Positions 20,275-29,321 of a DNA stretch of 64,000 nt are shown piece after piece; position 1 is the first letter of the stretch; every line of letters begins with the position of its first letter. The notes under the pieces are model-generated. The model saw nothing but the letters and a program-made list of their open reading frames with translations. It was not told the DNA's origin and made no database searches. The translations under genes were made by a program, and so were the position numbers. This stretch comes from an uncultured Gammaproteobacteria bacterium (lineage in GTDB: Bacteria > Patescibacteriota > Microgenomatia > CAYXHB01 > CAZYTL01), in the NCBI GenBank assembly GCA_964650355.1, contig CAZYTL010000002.1:109465-173464 (forward strand), read 5' to 3'.

Positions 20275-22545
20275 CTATTGTAAGGGTGGGGCTTCATCCA
20301 GGGCTTCCAACTGGGTTAAGGCAATGGGATTATCTTTATCGATAAGTAAAACGTGCTGATATTCTCTTTTGGCCAGAGAAGGAAAATCATGGTCATAGTA
20401 CTCTTGAGCCAAGAGGATTCTGGCCTGCACGCTATTCGGTTCTACTAAAGTGGCCAGGAAAATTTTTTCGAAATGACACTGTTGGTTGCCTTGTTGTCCG
20501 CAAACCACTGCTTGTTGAATTAACTGTGCTGCGCTCAAACAGGGTTGTTTTTCCAAGTAGCGGCTATTACCCGGATAATTAGGCAACTGCTTTAATTGAT
20601 TAGTAATGATTCGGTTATTAGGTACTAACAAATCAGCAGCCAAGAGCTCTTTCCTGGCCAACTCTTTTTCCCCCATGCGCGCATAAATGGTGCCATTGTT
20701 AGCCCGATGTTGGGTAAGGGTGGCTAAAAAGGCCATTTGATATAAATTTCGCTGGTCGACTTGGTTAAAGTTTAATTTGTGCCAGTCAGTTTCCTCAGGG
20801 TTGGTCTGGGAAATTTCCGGGGCGGCACAATCTACCTGATTGACATAACCAATGCCGGGATAGAGATAAAAAGCTTGGCCATCCATACCTAACAAATTAA
20901 GGTAAAAAGGAATGATATCAGCCACATAAACTGGTTTGTGTAGACTTACCTGCCAGGAGATGACATCAGCGATCCGGTAAGGGTTGTCTTCATAGTGGAA
21001 CCGGGAAATGGTTTGTTGATCCTGGCCGTGCAAGGTCTGAATTTGCGGAGTGCTGGTGACAATCTTAACGTCTTTTCTGGTTTGGTAAATTGACTGGCTG
21101 GCCAACAAGGAGAAGCAAGACAGATCTGAAAAACAAACTAAGGTGGTCTGCTGAGGCAGGTCAGACAAGACTGTTTGGGCTACTTGGTACGGAGCCTGAT
21201 AATGGCTCAAATTGACTCCCTGATAGTTTTGCCATCCTGAAATGAGGGGCAAAATTAACACGATTAGAGACCAGTAGGGGGAACGCTTAAAGCTAAAAAC
21301 TTTGTTCCTGACAATCAACTCAAACAGACTGGCTAATCCTACACTCAAAAAGATGCCGTAAATAACATAACCCAATAAGTACATTCTCTCGGTGGTGGCC
21401 AGCAACAGATAATATTCGGCCGGTGAAGACCCTCCGGCCGGGATGATCAGATAGGCCGCTAACAACGGTCCGGTCAGTAAAAATAAAGAAAAGAGGCTAA
21501 AGCCGAGGCGCCAGCGAGTTTTAAGAGCGATCACCAATCCCCCGATGGCAATTAAACCCATACCCCACCAGCCAAAGTGGCGAGGTACAGTGGTGCCCAA
21601 GTAGTAAGTCAGAGACCGCCAACTTTCAGGCAAGGAGATGGACTTCCAATAGGCATTAATCACTCGGCCTTCTTCAATGATCACTCCTGAAAAGTCTGAC
21701 CTGGAGATCATATTGACGATGCCTGGCCAACTGCGATCGAACTGCCAGGAAAAAGGATCGTTGGGTGATTGGATGATAAATAATAGTCCGTAACTTAATG
21801 AAAAAGTGATGACTAAGATAAAGACGCTGGCGGCTAGCGTGGCTACCAGGCTCAGCCACTTAAGTTTGCCTTGAGCAGTAAAAAAACGGCCGATTCTGGT
21901 GTCGATCAGCAAGATCAACACGCTGAGAATGAGCAGGACGCTGATCTGTTGATGGGCTAAAGCCAGTCCTAAGGTGAGGCCGAGGAGAAGTAACCAGCTT
22001 TTGACTCTGGCTTTCGCGGCTTTGTCTATTTGCTCTTTTTTCAGATCGTAAGCCTGATAGATTAAGATGGATAAATATATAATTAATAAACTCAAAAAAT
22101 TATTTAAAGGAAAAACTTCGAGCACGTTGGCGTATAACCAAAACAAAAACGACAGACCCAGCAACAAACTACCGCTGGCAAAAAGAATTAATTTGTCCGG
22201 AGAGGTAATTTTTTTCTTCTCAATTAGTTCTCCTACGGCTACCGAAATTAAAAAAACCAGACCTACGCTGAGAGCTTGGAACAAAGCTGCTAATAAATGG
22301 GCCCGAAAAGCAATTCCTCCGGGAATGGGCAAGTGAGTAACAAAGTATACCAAGAAGGTTTGCAAAGGATATCCTGGAGGATGGGGAACGGCCAAATTAT
22401 AACCGGTGGCGATCAGTTCGTCAGAATCGCCATAAGCTACGGGAGTCCGGGCTGCGGTAGTGATGTAAATACCCAAGCAGAGTAACACCAAGCCAACAAA
22501 AAACTTTTTTTTCATAAAGGGCGATGGGCCGTATTTGACTATCAA
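20275..22545 (-). CDS. DUF2723/TMEM260-like protein O-mannosyltransferase plus TPR (paralog 5 of 5)
   Basis: YGDSDELI...HPPGYPL, FWLYA..EVF.LN, LAHQQ, C-terminal TPR-like helices. The start may be the later ATG (MKKKFF). Confidence 0.85.
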   Translation of the reverse strand: MIVKYGPSPFMKKKFFVGLVLLCLGIYITTAARTPVAYGDSDELIATGYNLAVPHPPGYPLQTFLVYFVTHLPIPGGIAFRAHLLAALFQALSVGLVFLISVAVGELIEKKKITSPDKLILFASGSLLLGLSFLFWLYANVLEVFPLNNFLSLLIIYLSILIYQAYDLKKEQIDKAAKARVKSWLLLLGLTLGLALAHQQISVLLILSVLILLIDTRIGRFFTAQGKLKWLSLVATLAASVFILVITFSLSYGLLFIIQSPNDPFSWQFDRSWPGIVNMISRSDFSGVIIEEGRVINAYWKSISLPESWRSLTYYLGTTVPRHFGWWGMGLIAIGGLVIALKTRWRLGFSLFSLFLLTGPLLAAYLIIPAGGSSPAEYYLLLATTERMYLLGYVIYGIFLSVGLASLFELIVRNKVFSFKRSPYWSLIVLILPLISGWQNYQGVNLSHYQAPYQVAQTVLSDLPQQTTLVCFSDLSCFSLLASQSIYQTRKDVKIVTSTPQIQTLHGQDQQTISRFHYEDNPYRIADVISWQVSLHKPVYVADIIPFYLNLLGMDGQAFYLYPGIGYVNQVDCAAPEISQTNPEETDWHKLNFNQVDQRNLYQMAFLATLTQHRANNGTIYARMGEKELARKELLAADLLVPNNRIITNQLKQLPNYPGNSRYLEKQPCLSAAQLIQQAVVCGQQGNQQCHFEKIFLATLVEPNSVQARILLAQEYYDHDFPSLAKREYQHVLLIDKDNPIALTQLEALDEAPPLQ

Positions 22546-22632
22546 ATGCTATTGTCAATGGTTAGGTGGTAAATGTCAAATGATTGACGAGTACTTTAAT
22601 TTATTAAAGAGATAATTATGTTCATGAACTGA

Positions 22633-24846
22633 TTAATTAAAATTCAATTTTGATTTGGCGGTCTGATTTTCCGGATCCAGATGCAAAATGTTTTGGTATT
22701 CTACTTTAGCCATGACATGATCGTTGATTTTCTCGTATATCTCGGCCAAGAGAAGGCGGAGGCGGATAGACTCGGGGTGACGGAAAGTCCCGGCCAGGGC
22801 GCCGATAAAAGCGGGTTTGAGATCGTTGGCTTGGAGATAATGATTAACTGCCTCGGCGATGGCATCCGGACCGGCGGTGGACGCAAGGGAAAGTTGGCCA
22901 TAAGGATGCAAGGGTGGAAGTTGATCAACTGAGGGTAGGTGTTGATAAGCATCTGGAAGTTGACTGGTCAGGCTCTGGGCTTGGTCCAGATCTGTCTGAG
23001 CCATCTGGGGATGATCAAGCTGGCGATAGGTTCGAGCGTTAAAAGTATGGATATAAGCAAGTGAGGCTTTGAATTGCAAGCGCATGGGGTCTTGAGGAGG
23101 AAAAATCTGACGCGAGACGGCCTGGGAAAGTTGATAGTCAGGAACGGGCAGTGGCGAGGGTGGGGTAGTAACCAGCTCGCCAAAATATCCATGAGGAATG
23201 TAGTAGAAAAATCCGTAATCCAGCCCCAGATAGTCATAATATCTACCATGAAGATCGATGATAAAGGTACGACGGTGATCTAAGTCCCAAGTAGCGTAGT
23301 CAAGTAGAAGGAAAGGATTGAAAGGATAATCAAATCCGTGGAGTTCAGGATGGTGGTTTAATTGGGAAAGGACCAATGGGTAGGCTGAAGGAATCAGAGT
23401 AATATCGGGACGGGTTTGAGTGACGAATTGATCGTATAACAAAGCAAAACAACTGATATCGCTCAGACAAATTAACCGGGAGTTTTCAGGTAATTGATTT
23501 AAGACGGTGTGGTAATAGTTATGGATGAGATCAAAGGATTGCAAATTGGCCCGCGGATAAATTTGGCTGCTTCTCCAGATAATAGCGACAGTGACGATTA
23601 ACAAGCAGAGATTGATGATCAAAGTTTGGGGAAAATGTTTTTTTATCACAGACAGAAAGGTAAATAAGCCGAGGGCGATAATTAAAGGAGTCAAAGTGTA
23701 ACCGAAGAGAAATAGTCTGATTAACATGGCCTGGCTGGCCAAATCAGGCGGCCAGTCAAGGTAAAGAGGAATACCAGCAAAAGCAGGGACCGTTAAAAGT
23801 AGACTCATCCAAACCAAGTGATGCTTAATCCAAAGAAAGGAGAAAAGTCCTAAGACGATTAACAAGCTAGTAGTTAATCCAAAATCCGACCAGACCTGAT
23901 GAGCGTACACGGGAATTTGGTTAAGGATTTTTTCTAAAGAGATGTTCATGATGAACAGCGGCCGAGGTTTACCAGTAGCCACGATTTCGCTGGCCACTTG
24001 TTTTCTGGTCAGCTGATCAATCAATCCTGAAAAGCTGGGCGTAAATCTCCAGCTCACAGGCGCGGAAGTGGAGTTTAAAGCCAACATCAGGCCAAGAGAG
24101 ATCAGGACTGAAAAAATGAAACCAGCAATGAGAACCCGAATCTGAAGAATAGAAATGGAGGTGCGGGTACGCCAGAGCAAGTAGCTAATGGCCGGGAGGA
24201 GCAGCAGGAAAGTGTAATGATACATGATTCCCAAGCCGGTGGTGATTCCCAGTAAGAGCCAGAGTTTTATTGATGATGATGAGGTTCGGATCAGCTTAAG
24301 GATGATTAATGCTGTGCAAGCTACCAGGAAATCGTGCAAGGGATATTTTTCTGCGATGTGGCTATAGAGCCAGAAGTGAAAGGAAACGCCCAAACTGGCA
24401 GTGCCGATGATGCCAAAGATCAGTGGATCCAATTTAGGGGAAAACACCGGAGTAAGTTTTTTCAGGGCGAGCAACCCGCCAATTAGCTCATTAATAGCCA
24501 GAAATAACACGGAAAGGGTCAAACCATGAAGCAGACTACTGAGTAAATGAGCGCGAAAAGCCACGGTACCGGGAAGAGGAAGATGGGTGGCGGTATAGAG
24601 CAAAAGGCTATAAAGAGCATACCCGGGCGGGTGAGCCAGACCCAAATGGTAGCCAACAGTGATCAGTAAGTCAGAATCAGCGTAGGAAACATTGGTGCGG
24701 GGAGCAGTAAGAGTATAGAGCAGGAAGAAGGTGATAAAAATAATCACTGCGATAGAGGGTACAGGATTTGATTTCAAAAAGGTTAAAAGAGATTTAGTAA
24801 TAACACGGTGAGGGTTACCGGTCGATTGATGTTTGGTCATGGTCAA
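22633..24846 (-). CDS. DUF2723/TMEM260-like protein plus TPR (paralog 4 of 5)
   Basis: YADSDLLI...AHPPGY, FWLYS.IAEKY, C-terminal TPR-like helices. Confidence 0.85.
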   Translation of the reverse strand: MTMTKHQSTGNPHRVITKSLLTFLKSNPVPSIAVIIFITFFLLYTLTAPRTNVSYADSDLLITVGYHLGLAHPPGYALYSLLLYTATHLPLPGTVAFRAHLLSSLLHGLTLSVLFLAINELIGGLLALKKLTPVFSPKLDPLIFGIIGTASLGVSFHFWLYSHIAEKYPLHDFLVACTALIILKLIRTSSSSIKLWLLLGITTGLGIMYHYTFLLLLPAISYLLWRTRTSISILQIRVLIAGFIFSVLISLGLMLALNSTSAPVSWRFTPSFSGLIDQLTRKQVASEIVATGKPRPLFIMNISLEKILNQIPVYAHQVWSDFGLTTSLLIVLGLFSFLWIKHHLVWMSLLLTVPAFAGIPLYLDWPPDLASQAMLIRLFLFGYTLTPLIIALGLFTFLSVIKKHFPQTLIINLCLLIVTVAIIWRSSQIYPRANLQSFDLIHNYYHTVLNQLPENSRLICLSDISCFALLYDQFVTQTRPDITLIPSAYPLVLSQLNHHPELHGFDYPFNPFLLLDYATWDLDHRRTFIIDLHGRYYDYLGLDYGFFYYIPHGYFGELVTTPPSPLPVPDYQLSQAVSRQIFPPQDPMRLQFKASLAYIHTFNARTYRQLDHPQMAQTDLDQAQSLTSQLPDAYQHLPSVDQLPPLHPYGQLSLASTAGPDAIAEAVNHYLQANDLKPAFIGALAGTFRHPESIRLRLLLAEIYEKINDHVMAKVEYQNILHLDPENQTAKSKLNFN

Positions 24847-24950
24847 GAGGAATGTTGTCTTGATTAAATTTCACTGGTATCCAAAATTGTCATTGTCTGG
24901 AACCGATGGTTAATTTGGGTAAGAATAACGAAATTTGATTTTTCACCACT

Positions 24951-27077
24951 TTAATTAATTAAAGTGGTTATTTTGGCTAACACCTGTTGTTCCTCCGTGG
25001 CTTTGGCTTCTTGATGAGTTTGGATGTAAATCTCTATCAACTTTTTCCTGGCGGAAATAAGATGGGGATCTTTTAACACGGCTCTTTGGTATGCCCAAAC
25101 AGCTCCCTGAAGATCACTGTTCCTTTCCGCCCGGCTACCCTGGTCAAACCATTGCTGAGCAGTCAGAGGCGCTTGTTGGTTATATTCTGATAATTGGCCG
25201 GAATTGATATAAGCCAGGGTTTTAGTGATCTCTTGTTGATTATGAGGCAGGCGCACCAATTGAGAGGCAATTTGAATATGTGCAAAAGCCCCTTCCGGGC
25301 TACCAAGCCGACCATAATAGTAAGCCAGGGTGGTATGGATTTTGGCCAAATTTCCTAACCAACCCAAATCCCAATCATCAAACTTCTGGTGCTCGGCAAT
25401 ATTGGCTAACTGGGCGGTGAGTCCGTAATCATAATCTTTAATCTGTCCGGCAGGAGTAAGATTCACTTCAATGGTATAGCCATAAGGCCTGGCATAAAAA
25501 GGATTAGCTTCCAAACCCAAGACTTCCAGTCCGGATGTATCAGGATCGAATAAATAGACCTGGCGGTGTTGAGACAAATTCCAGGACACTAAATGGGCTA
25601 GCTGATCCTCTCTTGAACCATAGTATTGACTGTATCCCAATAATTCCTGACCCTGGTGCTGAAAATATGGCCAGCGCATCTGTACAGTTAGAGGAACAAT
25701 CTTAAGATCGGTTCTGAAAGAATTAACTAACTGTTCATAGAGCAGGCCAAAAACCGAGTCGGAATCAACAATCAACACCGCGTTTTCGGGTAAGCTCTGC
25801 AAAATATTTCTAGAAAAATAGTAAGTAAAATTATTATGTTTAAAATTTACCGACCGATAATTGATAAAGATGGGCAAACCTACCAGTAATAAAATGGTGA
25901 CAATTCTCAAGTACTGTTTAATTTTATGGAGTTTTAATTTGGCGAAATAATCAAATAACTCCCCTACGCCGACCACTACGGGGATAGCGAATAGAAATTT
26001 ACTCATTAACAACATTCTTTCTCTCAAGGCCCAGCCCCAATAATAACCCTGATCACTGTTATTGAGGGTTTGGGGGAATTTCATAAACATAGCCAGGCCG
26101 ACGCCGGACACCAGCCAGCTGATTAACCACAGCCAGCCAAAAGCGCGGTGTTTTTTATAGAGATACCTGACGCCTAAAATTGCCAATCCGATGCCGATAA
26201 ATAAATATTCTTTGGTTAAGAGAAGAAGATATTGCCAGACGGCCAATAAAGATCTGAAGGGTTCCCAGCGGTAGGCGTCTAATTCCACGGCTGACCCGGC
26301 TGCGGTGTAAATGCGACGACTGATCATGTCAATTAATCCTGAGAAACTGGGGTCAAAATACCAGGAAAATTGAGCCTGATGCCCATAATAAATCCATAGC
26401 AGGCTATAAGGCAGCACAAAGCCTAACAAACTTATGCTGGCAAACATTAATCTCAGCCTCTGACTGTTAATGCGGTAAATTAACCAAAGCCAAAAAGGCA
26501 AGAGTAATAAAAAGATTTGGTGGTGGGACGCTCCTAAACCAAAAACAGCTCCGGTGGCTGCCAACCAGACTCGATGGTGACTAAGATTCGTCTGATGAGT
26601 CAATTTGATAAATAACCAGATAAACCAAATAGCTAGCAAGTGGCTGAAAGGGAAAACTTCGGCAACGTTGGCGTGGAACCAAAAACTATAAGTAAAACCC
26701 ACAAACAAAGTGCCGCTGACTAAAGCCCAAAATTTTCCTTTACGAGTGGTTAGTAGTTGGGAGGCCACGCTATACAAACCCACCAAGCTTAAACTTTGGA
26801 ATAAGGCTGAGGACAAATTTGTTTTAAAAGCGATGCTAGCGCTAAGGGGCAACCGCATAAATCCCTGTAATAACAAGGTGTATAGGGGATATCCTGGCGG
26901 ATGAGCAATTCCTCCGGTGTAGGCAGCCGTGACTAACTCATCAGAATCAGCATAGTTAAGGTGAAGTCTGGCTGCGGTTTGTGAGTAAACTAAAAACGAT
27001 AATCCAAAAACTACTAAAACACCTGACAACCAGGCGTGTTTTTTAAAGAAACGAGTAATCAACTGAAGTCTAACCAT
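24951..27077 (-). CDS. DUF2723/TMEM260-like protein plus TPR (paralog 3 of 5)
   Basis: YADSDELV...IAHPPGYPLY, FWFHANVAEVF, SHHQ. Confidence 0.85.
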   Translation of the reverse strand: MVRLQLITRFFKKHAWLSGVLVVFGLSFLVYSQTAARLHLNYADSDELVTAAYTGGIAHPPGYPLYTLLLQGFMRLPLSASIAFKTNLSSALFQSLSLVGLYSVASQLLTTRKGKFWALVSGTLFVGFTYSFWFHANVAEVFPFSHLLAIWFIWLFIKLTHQTNLSHHRVWLAATGAVFGLGASHHQIFLLLLPFWLWLIYRINSQRLRLMFASISLLGFVLPYSLLWIYYGHQAQFSWYFDPSFSGLIDMISRRIYTAAGSAVELDAYRWEPFRSLLAVWQYLLLLTKEYLFIGIGLAILGVRYLYKKHRAFGWLWLISWLVSGVGLAMFMKFPQTLNNSDQGYYWGWALRERMLLMSKFLFAIPVVVGVGELFDYFAKLKLHKIKQYLRIVTILLLVGLPIFINYRSVNFKHNNFTYYFSRNILQSLPENAVLIVDSDSVFGLLYEQLVNSFRTDLKIVPLTVQMRWPYFQHQGQELLGYSQYYGSREDQLAHLVSWNLSQHRQVYLFDPDTSGLEVLGLEANPFYARPYGYTIEVNLTPAGQIKDYDYGLTAQLANIAEHQKFDDWDLGWLGNLAKIHTTLAYYYGRLGSPEGAFAHIQIASQLVRLPHNQQEITKTLAYINSGQLSEYNQQAPLTAQQWFDQGSRAERNSDLQGAVWAYQRAVLKDPHLISARKKLIEIYIQTHQEAKATEEQQVLAKITTLIN

Positions 27078-27089
27078 GACAGACCCATT

Positions 27090-29321
27090 TTAAATGTTAT
27101 CTTCTAAATGTTTCAATTCATCAACAGCGGGCTGGAAGTCAGGATGATATTGTAAAATATTCTTCACCTCTTGTAGGGCTTCCTGAAAAAAGCCGCCTTT
27201 TTCATATACCTGGACCAGTTGCCAACGGGGTTCCACGGCTAACGGTTCCAGAAAGGTGGCTTTGAGCAATAATTTATACGCCTGATCTAATTCAAATTGA
27301 TCTATTAATTTTTTGGCTTGAGCCAGATACTCTTGGCTAGACTTTCCTTGAGAACCGGTTTGGTAGTCCTGCTTGCCTTGATAGGCGGATAATTGACTGA
27401 GTAATCTGGCCGGTTCCGGATAGCGGGGACTCAAAGAGGTGGCATAAGCGTAATTCTTGCGGGCTTGATCATGGTTGCCCAGATAAGCATAGATGGTACC
27501 GGTTAAGGTATGAAAATTGGCTAAATAGTCTTTAAATCCGGAAAGTAAATAGTTTCGGGGATCAATATGCATGGCGATCAGGTCCGCGGTAGGCTGATAA
27601 TCGAATTCACCAATCTGGTCAGGCACTCGGGTGACTACCTGATATAAATAACCGTGAGGAATTAAGAAAAAAGGATTTCCTTCCAAACCCAGATAGTCGA
27701 TATAAAAAGCAGAGGCTTCGGTAATGTAGGTAGGCCGATAGTGCAGGTTCCAGCTGGTCAGGTCAGCACTGAAATAAGGATTATCCTGATAGGTAAATCC
27801 GCGATATTGGGGGTGAGTTTCCAGAAAATAGCGGCGATAATGGCTATTTTTAATCAGCAAAGTGACATCGGGGCGCAAACCTTCCACTTGTTGCTCATAA
27901 AAAAGACTAAAACAGGAGACGTCGGCAAAACATAGAATCACGGCATTATCCTCTACTGAATTCAGGACTGATACGGCGTACTGATGGACAATGGAATTAT
28001 CCCTTTGATTAGCTATAGAAAAGTTTTCCACAAAGGGGTAAGCCGCCAAAATCAAGAGCCCGAGCAACAAGATATAGCTGAAAAGCTGAGATTTGAATCG
28101 GTGCAAGAAAGCACTTCCCAGCCACCAAAAACCCACCCCGATGGCCAGACCCCAAATTAACTCGCCTAGTAAGTATTGGCGATGGTTGATGCCGATCAGG
28201 GTTCGATATTCAAGATTTTGAGGTGTATTTTCAGGCAAACCTAAGCGGCCGGCAAACCAAACTCCGGCTACCAACCAACAGACTAACCAAAAGCAGCCTA
28301 AATAAAGTCTTTTTTTGAACAGCCAGATGGCGCCTAGTAATCCCAAGATCACTCCCAGATAAGTGAAGTGAGCAATTAAAAATCCGGGATATTGACTGAT
28401 TGCCTGAAAGAAAACTTCTTTACTGGTTCCCAATCCGTAAGCGCTCACATTGATGCCTTTATCAGGGATGAAACCGCTAAAATCCTTGCGAGTGATCATT
28501 CCGTACCAGCCCCAGAAGTTCTGACTAAATGCCCAAGAAAAGGCTGCTTTTTTGGCATTCAACCAGAAGAGCAACAAGTTGGGGAGGATGAAGCCTGCCA
28601 GTGCGGCCGCCAGGCTGATGATGACCGGCTGCCAACGCCAATAGACCAGCCACTTTTTTCGAAGATAAATGGTGAGCCCTCCCAGGAGTAGTAACCCGGG
28701 GAACAGCAAAGCAAACACGTGCAAATGCGACATGCCTAAACCAACTAATAAGCTGGTTAGCACCAGCCATTTAAATTCTAATGCGGTAAGTTTTTTCTCC
28801 TGTTTACTTGCCATGGCGGATTTCCTCCAATACAGAGCGGATAAAATGGTTAAGGCGGCGAACAGATTATTTAACGCCCCCACCTCGATCACTGACGCAT
28901 ACAGCCAAAATAGGGCTGAAAATCCTAAAACTAAGGCCCCGGCTGCAGATGCCAAGTGTTGCCAGGCAATCAGATGGGGCTTTGATTTTGGCTGGCTGCC
29001 AATGAGTTCCAAACCGATGAAATAAGCGAGCACCACGGTCAGGGCCTGCAAGACCGAACTTAACAGATGAGCTTTGAAAGCAGGACTGCCTGAAACGGGT
29101 AGCTGTAGAAAAAGGTGGATTAAAATTACTTGCAAAGGATAGCCTGAAGGATGAGGCACACCCAACAAATACCCAGTGGTAATTAACTCATCAGAGTCGG
29201 CATACCCCAGGTTTACTCTTCCGGCAGTATATGAATAAATCCCGAGAACAATGATAAATATGCTGAGAGGGAAGAGCCAACGAAGATTCCTCTGAGAAAA
29301 AAATCGGCCCATAAAGCTCAT
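27090..29321 (-). CDS. DUF2723/TMEM260-like protein plus TPR (paralog 2 of 5)
   Basis: YADSDELI...PHPSGYPL, FWLYASVIEV, C-terminal TPR-like helices. Confidence 0.85.
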   Translation of the reverse strand: MSFMGRFFSQRNLRWLFPLSIFIIVLGIYSYTAGRVNLGYADSDELITTGYLLGVPHPSGYPLQVILIHLFLQLPVSGSPAFKAHLLSSVLQALTVVLAYFIGLELIGSQPKSKPHLIAWQHLASAAGALVLGFSALFWLYASVIEVGALNNLFAALTILSALYWRKSAMASKQEKKLTALEFKWLVLTSLLVGLGMSHLHVFALLFPGLLLLGGLTIYLRKKWLVYWRWQPVIISLAAALAGFILPNLLLFWLNAKKAAFSWAFSQNFWGWYGMITRKDFSGFIPDKGINVSAYGLGTSKEVFFQAISQYPGFLIAHFTYLGVILGLLGAIWLFKKRLYLGCFWLVCWLVAGVWFAGRLGLPENTPQNLEYRTLIGINHRQYLLGELIWGLAIGVGFWWLGSAFLHRFKSQLFSYILLLGLLILAAYPFVENFSIANQRDNSIVHQYAVSVLNSVEDNAVILCFADVSCFSLFYEQQVEGLRPDVTLLIKNSHYRRYFLETHPQYRGFTYQDNPYFSADLTSWNLHYRPTYITEASAFYIDYLGLEGNPFFLIPHGYLYQVVTRVPDQIGEFDYQPTADLIAMHIDPRNYLLSGFKDYLANFHTLTGTIYAYLGNHDQARKNYAYATSLSPRYPEPARLLSQLSAYQGKQDYQTGSQGKSSQEYLAQAKKLIDQFELDQAYKLLLKATFLEPLAVEPRWQLVQVYEKGGFFQEALQEVKNILQYHPDFQPAVDELKHLEDNI

